From contig NC_014972.1 of assembly GCF_000186885.1 (NCBI RefSeq), positions 3,600,001-3,632,000 on the forward strand: DNA of 32,000 nt, in the 5' to 3' direction. A program made the translations under genes and the position numbers. The notes under the pieces were generated by a model. It was not told the origin of the DNA, did not search any database, and worked only from the letters and a program-made list of their open reading frames with translations. This document shows positions 9,548 through 17,815 of the stretch, piece by piece; within the stretch, counting starts at the first letter, position 1; the number at the start of each line of letters is the position of its first letter. Source of the stretch: Desulfobulbus propionicus DSM 2032. Its GTDB lineage: Bacteria > Desulfobacterota > Desulfobulbia > Desulfobulbales > Desulfobulbaceae.

Positions 9548-10541
9548 TGGACAATCTTGCCGTTTGCAGTAAGGACTCCGAAGGAGCCGTATTGTCTTTT
9601 TGAGAGAGCATCGGGTTTGCCGACGGCGCCCGAAGCCGTTTTGTCTTCCTCAGTTCTCTGGCCGCTTCCAGTTTCCGGTCCCGCTCTTTGAAAATTTCCT
9701 GCTCCCTGCCACTGAGCTTGTCCACTGGAGCCACGTAGCCAATGGCGCTATGCAGCCGGACGTTGTTGTAGTGGGCAATGAACTTCTCCACCATCCTCGG
9801 GGCGTCGTCAAGGGAAAGCGGTACGCCGGGGCGAATGCACTCTCCCTTGATGGTGGCATGAAATCGCTCCAACTTGCCGTTGGACTGCGGATAGTACGGT
9901 GATGTCCGCACGTGCGTCATGCCGGAGAGCCGGATGAATTCCTTGAAATCCTTGGCAATGAATTGCGGGCCGTTATCGGAGATGATCCGAGGCCGGGCTT
10001 CGGGGTATTTCTCCTTGGCCCGTTGGACAATGATCTCCACATCCTGCTCCGTCATCTGCTCCCGGATCTCCCAATGAACGATGAAACGGCTGCAGCCGTC
10101 GAGCAGGCTGCATAGATAATAAAAGGTGCCGCAGATATTGAGATGTGACACATCGATATGCCAATGTTCATGAGGACGAAGCGGTTGCACGAAGCCATTT
10201 CCCTTGGCGCTGTTTTTTCGGTTCCACTTCTTGAGCAAACCGGCCTTGGCCAAGACTCGCCAGGTACTACTCGGACTGACGGCAACAATGTCCCGATCAA
10301 GCATCATGAACGTCAACCGCCGATACCCTTCCAGGGGATGATCGAGCGCAAACCGGATGATGGCCTCCTGCTCCCAGGACTCCAGCCAGAAGTCACGAGG
10401 GATTAGACCGTTATGTTCGTTTGCCTTGCCGCAACGGCCAATCCAGGCGTAAAATTTACTCCGCGCCACGCCAAGCCAGACGATGAGCCTGTTGGTGGGT
10501 ATTTCTGCTTTTGCACTCCACCGGCGACTGAAATCAACCAC
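9537..10541 (-). CDS. IS3-family transposase OrfB (DDE, rve domain)
   Basis: HIDVSHLNICGTFYYL...IISDNGPQFIAKDF...YYPQSNGKLERFHATIKGE; frame is open back to the orfA slippery site. Confidence 0.9.
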   Translation of the reverse strand: MVDFSRRWSAKAEIPTNRLIVWLGVARSKFYAWIGRCGKANEHNGLIPRDFWLESWEQEAIIRFALDHPLEGYRRLTFMMLDRDIVAVSPSSTWRVLAKAGLLKKWNRKNSAKGNGFVQPLRPHEHWHIDVSHLNICGTFYYLCSLLDGCSRFIVHWEIREQMTEQDVEIIVQRAKEKYPEARPRIISDNGPQFIAKDFKEFIRLSGMTHVRTSPYYPQSNGKLERFHATIKGECIRPGVPLSLDDAPRMVEKFIAHYNNVRLHSAIGYVAPVDKLSGREQEIFKERDRKLEAARELRKTKRLRAPSANPMLSQKDNTAPSESLLQTARLSISN

Positions 10542-10935
10542 GGCATCGCGGGTGTCATGGGGAACCCAACCGCCATTCAGAGCTCCCCAAGTTCTTTTTT
10601 TAACTGGATATGCTCCTCCAGCAGTTCCGAAAGCACTTCATGTTTCCGGCGCAATTTCTCCTCAAGCTCACGAATGCGCTTCTCCTCCGCCTGCTGTTTG
10701 CTCTTTCCTTCACGGGCAAACGCTGAAGCCCCTTTTTCAAAGAACTGCTTCTGCCAATCGTAAAAAATCTTCGGCTGCAATTGGTATTCGTCGCACAAAT
10801 CCGAAACCGCCTCTCGGCCAACCAAGTGCCGTTTCAGGATAAAGACCTTCTCTTCAGGGCTGTAGTTGTGACGCTTCTTTCGCATGGACTTCCCTCCGTT
10901 CATGATGGTTTATCATAAACGGCAGGATTGTCCTA
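9548..10935 (-). mobile_element. IS3-family insertion sequence with imperfect terminal inverted repeats
   Basis: TGGACAATCTTGCCGTTT at 9548-9565 versus reverse complement of AAACGGCAGGATTGTCCT at 10917-10934; orfA and orfB between them. Confidence 0.8.
10577..10903 (-). CDS. IS3-family OrfA, helix-turn-helix plus coiled-coil
   Basis: MRKKRHNYSPEEKVFILKRHLVGREAVSDLCDEYQLQPKIFYDWQKQFFEKG; ends in TTA AAA AAA GAA. Confidence 0.88.
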   Translation of the reverse strand: MNGGKSMRKKRHNYSPEEKVFILKRHLVGREAVSDLCDEYQLQPKIFYDWQKQFFEKGASAFAREGKSKQQAEEKRIRELEEKLRRKHEVLSELLEEHIQLKKELGEL

Positions 10936-10955
10936 TTCCTGTTGAACCAAGACAA

Positions 10956-11891
10956 CTACCCTTCAAGAAAGAAATCCGAATCAATTCTTTTCACGTCATA
11001 CCGCTCAATCGTCGCAACACCCAGATCATAGTCAATCATCAGGTCAACCAGCTTGTTCCCATCAATGAGCACCACTCGTGGATCGATGGTCGCCACATAT
11101 TGCTCCGCATCTCTCGTAAAACTGGAAGTTGTGATAAAGACACCTCTCTTGGCCCTCTGTCCGTGCAACGCGCCGACAAATTTTTGGATTTCGGGACGGC
11201 CCACAACACCTTGCCATCGCTTTGCCTGGATGTAAATGACATCAAGGCCGAGTTTGTCCTCCTTGATGATGCCGTCGATGCCTCCGTCACCGGTTTTGCC
11301 AACAGCCATTCCTGCATCTTTGATCGAACCACCGTATCCCATTCTCACGAGTAGTTTGATGACCAACTGTTCGAAAAATGCTGGTGAGTTGGCGGATATC
11401 AAAGAGAGCAGCTCAGCGGCCAAGTTCCCGCGCATTTCCTGGTAAGCGGCTTCGAAGGTTTCTTCAGGAGTGGCAATTTTCTCAGAATCGTCATTTGTAT
11501 CCGCTTTTGCATCTGCGCCACCGTTCTGCTGATGGAACGCCACGAATTCAGGATATTGCTTTAGGTGTTGAACGCGCAGTGTTACCGGCTTCGATGCCAG
11601 CAGCTCCTTGCCACGTTCAGTAATACAAAAGACTCCGCGTTTCGGGCTTTCCAGCAACAGTGCCTTGGCGAGATACGCACGCGCCCATGCAATCCGATTC
11701 TTATATACGGCCTGTTTTCCGCTGGGCAACATTTCAAGCATGTCGGCATCTGTCAGTTTGAAATGGTTTGCTAACGCCTCATAGGCTTCTTTCAGGCTAT
11801 GAACATTGCCGTCACTGGAGAGTTGGAGCATTGGCAAAAAGAACGACTGGAAATCCGGTACCGCCACAATTCTCCTCCTTTTGAAAGCCAT
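10956..11891 (-). CDS. mrr: Mrr-like type IV restriction endonuclease
   Basis: FFEQLVIKLLVRMGYGG...GKTGDGGIDGIIKEDKLGLDVIYIQAKRW (D...QAK) and GVFITTSSFTRDAEQY. Confidence 0.92.
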   Translation of the reverse strand: MAFKRRRIVAVPDFQSFFLPMLQLSSDGNVHSLKEAYEALANHFKLTDADMLEMLPSGKQAVYKNRIAWARAYLAKALLLESPKRGVFCITERGKELLASKPVTLRVQHLKQYPEFVAFHQQNGGADAKADTNDDSEKIATPEETFEAAYQEMRGNLAAELLSLISANSPAFFEQLVIKLLVRMGYGGSIKDAGMAVGKTGDGGIDGIIKEDKLGLDVIYIQAKRWQGVVGRPEIQKFVGALHGQRAKRGVFITTSSFTRDAEQYVATIDPRVVLIDGNKLVDLMIDYDLGVATIERYDVKRIDSDFFLEG

Positions 11892-12198
11892 CAGCTTAAA
11901 ACAACAACATTTTTTTATACAGGTTCATCCGCTTTTAGCAACGGCTATGTGAGATTTGGTCGGAATTAAAATCTTCCATAAAATGTCGTTGTTATAAAAT
12001 GCAGCAAAAGGATTGAGCTGTATCCAGCTTGAATCAATAGAGAAAATTTGACCAGTTCGCCAGAGGCTCATGACCTCCGAACGGCGATGAGGTCATAAGA
12101 CTCTGGAAAAACTGCCCACCTCCTCACGCGACAATAATCGTAAAAATATTCAATAATTTTATCCAGTTTTAATCACCCGTTCCATCTTCTATGTACCT

Positions 12199-12275
12199 GA
12201 TATTATCAACCACCTTCCGCGTAGACATTCTCCGCGCGGAGAACGGAAAAATCAAATCAACAGAGGATGTTAATT
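12199..12275 (+). promoter_or_regulatory. Conserved leader of paralog 1 (GATATTATCAAC box, palindrome TTCTCCGCGCGGAGAA, GAGG, TTAATT-ATG)
   Basis: Box starts 77 nt before the ATG; matches the paralog 2 leader in layout. Confidence 0.5.
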
Positions 12276-12599
12276 ATGGGAACGCACAAGTTTGAAGCCG
12301 ATGTCAACAAGCACATTTGGGATGATATTTCCGATGAAGTGTTCGAGGAATACCTGGAGCGAACATTCATCGCCAACATCATTGAAAATGCCATCTATGA
12401 AAATCGCGCTCGGTGGGATGTGCCGAGTGTTTTTCAGTGGTGGCGTGTTGGAAAATGTTTTGCGATGGCTGCATTTGCCGCCGGTGAGGTCATTGTCGAA
12501 ACGCCTCTCGGCACTCTTTGGGGTCGTCAAACGTGCGGGCAGCCAGTGTATCAGGATCTCAATGTTCAAGACATCTTGACTGCAATGCACAGCGCTTGA
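12276..12599 (+). CDS. Small protein of unknown function, paralog 1 of a tandem pair
   Basis: AGAGG upstream, ATG context ttaattATG identical to paralog 2; FQWWRVGKCFAMAAFAAGEVIVETPLGTLWGR. Confidence 0.7.
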   Translation: MGTHKFEADVNKHIWDDISDEVFEEYLERTFIANIIENAIYENRARWDVPSVFQWWRVGKCFAMAAFAAGEVIVETPLGTLWGRQTCGQPVYQDLNVQDILTAMHSA

Positions 12600-12721
12600 T
12601 CGATCCACAAACGGACCGGCTGCTGAGCTAAAGTGGCCGATCCGTTGTCAGATTATTTCATTAAAAATTATTTGAATTTTATTTAGATAAAACAGCAGAT
12701 TGAGGCGTCTTCAGCTTATTA

Positions 12722-12797
12722 GATATTATCAACAATCTTTTGTGTGCGGACCTGTTGCGCACGGAAGCAACATTCAATCTTTACCGAGGTATTAATT
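12722..12797 (+). promoter_or_regulatory. Conserved leader of paralog 2 (GATATTATCAAC box, GTGCG-N9-CGCAC hairpin, GAGG, TTAATT-ATG)
   Basis: Box starts 76 nt before the ATG; same box sequence and element order as paralog 1. Confidence 0.5.
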
Positions 12798-13133
12798 ATG
12801 ACAACTTTCGAATTATCTACTGCCGTTAAAAGTCATATTCTGTACAACGTGACTAGTCAGGTCATGCGTGAATTTGATGAAGAAACTGAATTAGCAACAG
12901 AAATAAATGGAACAATTGAAACCTTGGGTAACCCGGACACAAATTCTGCTGATTATGAATGGTGGCTCGTGTCCAGCGATTTTGCCTATGCTGCGATAGA
13001 AGCAGCGGAAATTATCGTTGTTACACCATATGGTGCCATATGGGGACGTGATCCTCACGGGCCATTATTAGCGCTCGATGAAATCGTACGAGAAATTATG
13101 AAAACTATTCATCAAGCTAACACGCAAAACTGA
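12798..13133 (+). CDS. Small protein of unknown function, paralog 2 of a tandem pair
   Basis: GAGG upstream, ttaattATG; YEWWLVSSDFAYAAIEAAEIIVVTPYGAIWGR aligns with paralog 1. Confidence 0.75.
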   Translation: MTTFELSTAVKSHILYNVTSQVMREFDEETELATEINGTIETLGNPDTNSADYEWWLVSSDFAYAAIEAAEIIVVTPYGAIWGRDPHGPLLALDEIVREIMKTIHQANTQN

Positions 13134-13222
13134 CAGGTCGGCAGCCGGTATGGTTCACGATATCGGCTGTTGATTCATTTTCTCCTCATCTTCTCTCCTC
13201 TGTTTCGTTTCCAGATATTTCC

Positions 13223-13332
13223 ATTTCAGGCACTGAAATACCGCCGACCGAACCCAAGCATGTGATTTACACCTCTGGAAATCACTGCTCGGTCGGCCTG
13301 ACACTTACCAGGTAACGACACGTACCTGTAAG
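13223..13332. repeat. Cluster of inverted repeats upstream of the relaxase-like gene (oriT-like or regulatory)
   Basis: ATTTCAG-3-CTGAAAT (13223-13239); GCCGACCGA/TCGGTCGGC (13243-13251/13289-13297) enclosing GTGATTT/AAATCAC (13262-13268/13279-13285); CTTACCAGGTA/TACCTGTAAG (13304-13314/13323-13332). Confidence 0.65.
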
Positions 13333-13372
13333 GGTCTGTTCACACTAATCTTTCATCACAACACCGCATCCA

Positions 13373-15328
13373 ATGGCTTCCACCAAAATCGCTAAGCTCT
13401 GGGTGAACCACGTCAGCATGACCGGTGATCCATCACGACACATGGCTTATCTCATAGACGGCCACCAACTAGCTCCAGACGGACGTCCGCAGATTTGGAC
13501 CAAATCGCTGCCGAAAAACTGCAAAACCGATAATGCAACGCTGGTTGCACACTGGCGTGGAATCCATGACCAGTTCCTGTCCGAACGTGCCACGCCTGGC
13601 AGCATGATTCACCACAACGCGAAAATCACCGTTCGACAGTTCGTTATCAACCTACCGAATTGCATCAGCGACGAGCAGGTGAACAAACTCGCAAAAGCAG
13701 TGCTTCAAGATTTTCCGCGCCACATTCCCGTATCAATGGTTCTGCACAAGACATCTAACCGAGGCAAACAACATACGCATTTGCAAGGGTTGTTTTCGTA
13801 TCGAAACGGTGGTTACGGAGCGATTAACGACGAATTCCGTCTCAACATCACCGGATTGATGAAATGGACCGTCAGGCGTGAGTTGACCAATCTCGGCTAT
13901 GAGGTTGACCAAGGCTCACCAGGGTGCGGGATCAATACCAAAGAACGCCGATGGCTCAACGCTCAAGGAACTGTTGAGCAACGACGTAACCCACGAATTA
14001 TGACAGCTCTTTCAGAAAAAGCAGAAAGCCCACGACTCAAAGCCTATTGTGCCAAACAAGCGGAAGTGATGACTGCTCGTGTTTCGTCACTATCTGTGTC
14101 CGTCGATGACACATTAAAAATTATGACCACGATGGAAACAATAACCGATCTTCTCGTTACCTATACTCAGCACGATAATTCCCAGCGGGGGCAATCCGGC
14201 GGTGATCAACCGCAGGCGGCTAATCAGCCTTTGACCCAGCAGCAATTAGAACTTGCACTCATGGAGTGCGAGAAAATGGCAGCATACGAAGAAAAATTCA
14301 AAGAATATCAAGTTTTAAAGCAGCGATCCCGCAATACGAACGTGCCTATAACCGTATTGATCAAATTTAAGGAGCGTCCCTTCCGGGCTCATTTAATTTC
14401 GTTGTACAGCAATGGATCACCACTGTCGGAGTTAGCCGAGTATGTGGCCATTTTCTATGGTGTTGTTGGATTGTCACCACAGACTTTGAGAAAAATCCTG
14501 CAAAGATGCGACAAGGAAGCATGGGCCGCAGCAACGGAAAGTTATCAAAATCACCGTCAAGTCAAGCCAAGTTGCAAGAACGCTCCCTCTCCACTTCAGG
14601 AGAATGAAATGCGACATCACATTACTTTTGACGGCCTGAGTATACTTGACGCCGGGAAATCGGTTCCCCCGATACAAATATCCCATGGTGACATCGGAAC
14701 TCCACCAGTACTCGATGGATCGGTCACGGATTATCTAGTCCGATGGCATCCAAGACTGAGGTCACTGGCTCTTGATTTCATCATGCGCCAGCATGCGCTA
14801 CTTTTTCCCTATGAGGACGGCGACGAAGCGCGTGCTCGACTGGAAACTTTGATGAGTGATCGGTGCGCGGTTCCAGTGCATGATGAGACAGCGCCCGATG
14901 GACTCTGGCGGCATGGTGATGCTCTCAGGCTGGAATTGGCATTAAAAGCTCCAGCGTTCAAGATCATTAATCATGATCCGAAATCATTAATCGAATTCGC
15001 GGTTACCGAGATGATTCGTAACGCTTACCGCCGGTTGCACGCGCTGGAGAAACCGCTGACGGAATGGTTCTTCTCAGTTTTCCTCCAGACATCGCAACCA
15101 ACGCAAATCCCGTTTGATGTGCTTTATACTCATGCAATTGAACAGACGCGTCCGACACCGGCGGAAGCATCAAAGATAATGAGGGAGAATGCCATCTTTT
15201 GGAAAGCCGAACTCCAATCGCTTGGCAACCAGTACCTGATGGCAACGGTGCCAGATCCTCGATTGATGACCTTGCAAAATGCAGCGCTTTATCAGCAATT
15301 AAAACGATTTCTCGGCGAGGAGACGTGA
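13373..15328 (+). CDS. Large protein with a divergent MobA/MobL-like (HUH) relaxase signature in the N-terminal third; remainder unassigned
   Basis: ITVRQFVINLPNCISDEQVNKLAKAVLQDF...VSMVLHKTSNRGKQHTHLQGLFSYRNGGYG contains an HxH in the expected relaxase context. Confidence 0.55.
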   Translation: MASTKIAKLWVNHVSMTGDPSRHMAYLIDGHQLAPDGRPQIWTKSLPKNCKTDNATLVAHWRGIHDQFLSERATPGSMIHHNAKITVRQFVINLPNCISDEQVNKLAKAVLQDFPRHIPVSMVLHKTSNRGKQHTHLQGLFSYRNGGYGAINDEFRLNITGLMKWTVRRELTNLGYEVDQGSPGCGINTKERRWLNAQGTVEQRRNPRIMTALSEKAESPRLKAYCAKQAEVMTARVSSLSVSVDDTLKIMTTMETITDLLVTYTQHDNSQRGQSGGDQPQAANQPLTQQQLELALMECEKMAAYEEKFKEYQVLKQRSRNTNVPITVLIKFKERPFRAHLISLYSNGSPLSELAEYVAIFYGVVGLSPQTLRKILQRCDKEAWAAATESYQNHRQVKPSCKNAPSPLQENEMRHHITFDGLSILDAGKSVPPIQISHGDIGTPPVLDGSVTDYLVRWHPRLRSLALDFIMRQHALLFPYEDGDEARARLETLMSDRCAVPVHDETAPDGLWRHGDALRLELALKAPAFKIINHDPKSLIEFAVTEMIRNAYRRLHALEKPLTEWFFSVFLQTSQPTQIPFDVLYTHAIEQTRPTPAEASKIMRENAIFWKAELQSLGNQYLMATVPDPRLMTLQNAALYQQLKRFLGEET

Positions 15329-15331
15329 ATC

Positions 15332-16069
15332 ATGGCATCCAAAACAGCAGCAACTGATTTGAGCTACGAACAGCTCTTGGAAATGATCTCGGCTTTTCAG
15401 TGGATGCCGGAACTAAAGCGACTTCGGTTTGCGTTGGACCAAGACCGAGATAACGGCCCAGGAAATCCAATCTACGGTTGCCTGCATCATCTCGCGCCCG
15501 GTATCGAGCGGATGGAAAGGCGCGGATCATTGACCTGCCATGAAATTCATCTGTTTTTGATCGAATTGGCACAGCGATACGAGCTTGTGCAGCAGATCGA
15601 TGCGAAAAGCCTGGTCACGGAGGTCAACCGACTCGTGCAAACCCTTAGTGTCGATTTGGTCATGCTTGGTGTTGGAAATGCCTACGTGACCGGGTTCGTA
15701 TTGTTGCTCCGGTCACGAGCGCCTATCGAGTGGAATCGGTTTTGTGACTATGTTGAGAGGCAGGAATGGAAAGTCAACCTGTCGACCGTGGGTGCTCAAT
15801 CACCTGCGCCTTCGGAAACGATCATTAACGCCGAAGATGATGTTTCGATTGAACCGACGGTAACCGCGCCGAGCTTGAGGGGATTGGCTCGCGCATTTGA
15901 TAATCCAGAATTTGCAGCCTATGCGGATTCGGTTTTGAATGGTTGTCGAAGCCATAATCAGACCGAAGAAGATCAAGAAGGCATTGCAGAAAACAAGCTA
16001 AATCTCCGCGCGGAGACCGGCACCGGCAAATCCTATCAATGGCGATTCAAGAAATTTGGGTTACGGTAA
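15332..16069 (+). CDS. Hypothetical protein directly downstream of the relaxase-like gene
   Basis: 245 aa, starts 3 nt after the previous stop; no recognised domain, ends in ETGTGKSYQWRFKKFGLR. Confidence 0.55.
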   Translation: MASKTAATDLSYEQLLEMISAFQWMPELKRLRFALDQDRDNGPGNPIYGCLHHLAPGIERMERRGSLTCHEIHLFLIELAQRYELVQQIDAKSLVTEVNRLVQTLSVDLVMLGVGNAYVTGFVLLLRSRAPIEWNRFCDYVERQEWKVNLSTVGAQSPAPSETIINAEDDVSIEPTVTAPSLRGLARAFDNPEFAAYADSVLNGCRSHNQTEEDQEGIAENKLNLRAETGTGKSYQWRFKKFGLR

Positions 16070-16150
16070 TTCATGTTTTGAAATATAAATTCGGCATGAT
16101 AGCATCAAGTTTATAATTAAAGATTAGCATCCCAGAGGACTCGTGCCGAT

Positions 16151-16432
16151 ATGACAAAATCTGATTTGATTCAGGCTTTAGCTGAGCAGATGAACTTACC
16201 CGTGAAGGACGCCAAATCCATCGTCGATACCATCATTGGTACGATGGTCGACGCGCTTGCGGAAGGTCGCGGAGTCGAGTTGCGAGGTTTTGGAAGTTTT
16301 CAGGTCCGAGAATATGAAGGCTATACTGGTCGAAATCCTAAGACAGGCGAACAGATCAAGGTGGCACCGAAAAAGCTGCCGTTCTTCAAGGTCGGCAAGG
16401 ACCTGCGGGACCGGATCAACAGCGAGCAGTAG
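16151..16432 (+). CDS. HU/IHF family DNA-binding protein
   Basis: MTKSDLIQALAEQ...VELRGFGSFQVREYEGYTGRNPKTGEQIKVAPKKLPFFKVGKDLRD. Confidence 0.93.
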   Translation: MTKSDLIQALAEQMNLPVKDAKSIVDTIIGTMVDALAEGRGVELRGFGSFQVREYEGYTGRNPKTGEQIKVAPKKLPFFKVGKDLRDRINSEQ

Positions 16433-16458
16433 ATCAACAGGCATTGTGGTACACGAGT

Positions 16459-17190
16459 CTACTCGCGTGAACCAAAAGCCTTCGCACCATTCGGGCACGT
16501 CTTGACGCAAGCGCAGCACCTGATGCACAATTCTTTAGATGTCGATACGGGATTTTCTCTGTCAATAGCGCCAGTTGGGCAGACAAGAGCACATTCTCCA
16601 CATCGGGAACAAAGCGCCTCGTTCACCGATGGTGCTATGCTTGCCCGCATCTGAACCTCTTTGTACGGGAAATTCCCAGGGACGTAGAGGGGTTCATTTG
16701 GGATGTTACTCGCGGTCTGGATTTTCTTGAGAATGGCTTGTCCAAACGCGTGAGCTTTTACCATATCTTCAGTGTCAGGCTGATCAATGGCAATTGGCTT
16801 GTTAGAAGTAGAATAGGAATGCTCGCCGACAAATGCTCCGGCGGCAATGGGTTTGAAACCGGCCTCAATGGCAACATTCCTTAGCTCGATGAGTGCATCT
16901 TCGTAGGCCCGATTGCCGTAAACAACGATAAGGACAGCGGGCTTGCCGTTACCTTTTATTTGTTTAAACCGGGAGAGCATGACAGAAGGCAGTCTACCCG
17001 CGTAGACTGGTGCGCCGATAATTGCCACGTCTTGATTGAATTCTTGGCGCATCTGTCCGGTTGCACCTGGAGGAGTCAGGTCAAAATACTGCTTTGATGT
17101 CGGTTGCAGTCCTTGAGCAATACCCTCGACTATTTTCCTGGTCGTATTTGTTGGAGAAAAGAAGATCAGGCTCGTCGATTCGATATTCAT
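16459..17190 (-). CDS. Flavodoxin-like plus 2x[4Fe-4S] ferredoxin protein (EFR1 type)
   Basis: FFSPTNTTRKIVEGIAQG (FMN-binding-like) and CSRCGECALVCPTGAI...CIRCCACVKTCPNGA. Confidence 0.88.
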   Translation of the reverse strand: MNIESTSLIFFSPTNTTRKIVEGIAQGLQPTSKQYFDLTPPGATGQMRQEFNQDVAIIGAPVYAGRLPSVMLSRFKQIKGNGKPAVLIVVYGNRAYEDALIELRNVAIEAGFKPIAAGAFVGEHSYSTSNKPIAIDQPDTEDMVKAHAFGQAILKKIQTASNIPNEPLYVPGNFPYKEVQMRASIAPSVNEALCSRCGECALVCPTGAIDRENPVSTSKELCIRCCACVKTCPNGAKAFGSRE

Positions 17191-17585
17191 ATTTGCCTCA
17201 AAATTTCAACTGGTCCTTTTCATTGTTTAACCAACAAATGTTGGGTGATTAACTGCGCGATACTTCCGTGCCATCGTCTCAATGTCGTGCTACATCGCAC
17301 CAGGCTGTTAATTTGATCTCACTATAACAAATAGCGTCAACGGTAGCGGTATGCGCTTCCACTGCTCCAAAAGCCCATAGCCGATGCCTGTATCGGGTCA
17401 CAATATTTAAATCCACGGCTAGCCGTTCTTCACGCTGCAAGTTTGATGTTTCCATAATCATTGCTCCAATTGCAGCATGGAGCGGCTTGAGATTCGCTTG
17501 GGGTTTTTTATTACGAGATATCTTGCGGTGATATTGGTTTTGGTCTGTAATTTATCGTAATAATATGAGAATTTTATTTCTTGAT

Positions 17586-17638
17586 CCGCATGGGAAACAT
17601 GCTTATTTATTTTACAAATAAGCATGTTTCCCATGCGG
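17586..17638. repeat. Perfect 23-bp inverted repeat with 7-nt loop
   Basis: CCGCATGGGAAACATGCTTATTT-attttac-AAATAAGCATGTTTCCCATGCGG. Confidence 0.95.
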
Positions 17639-17815
17639 CATAACTCCTCTCTGTAAACCTTGCTTTTTTCTAAATTTCCTTTGTTTTTTCATTTAGTTGT
17701 GCCTGCCTAGGCCGCATCAAAGAGATTAATGTCACTCTGTCTGATGCACCGATCATGAGATCATTCGGCTCCCGTAGCTTGGCGATACCGGTTCATCGCT
17801 TGGAGAGTTTGACTT

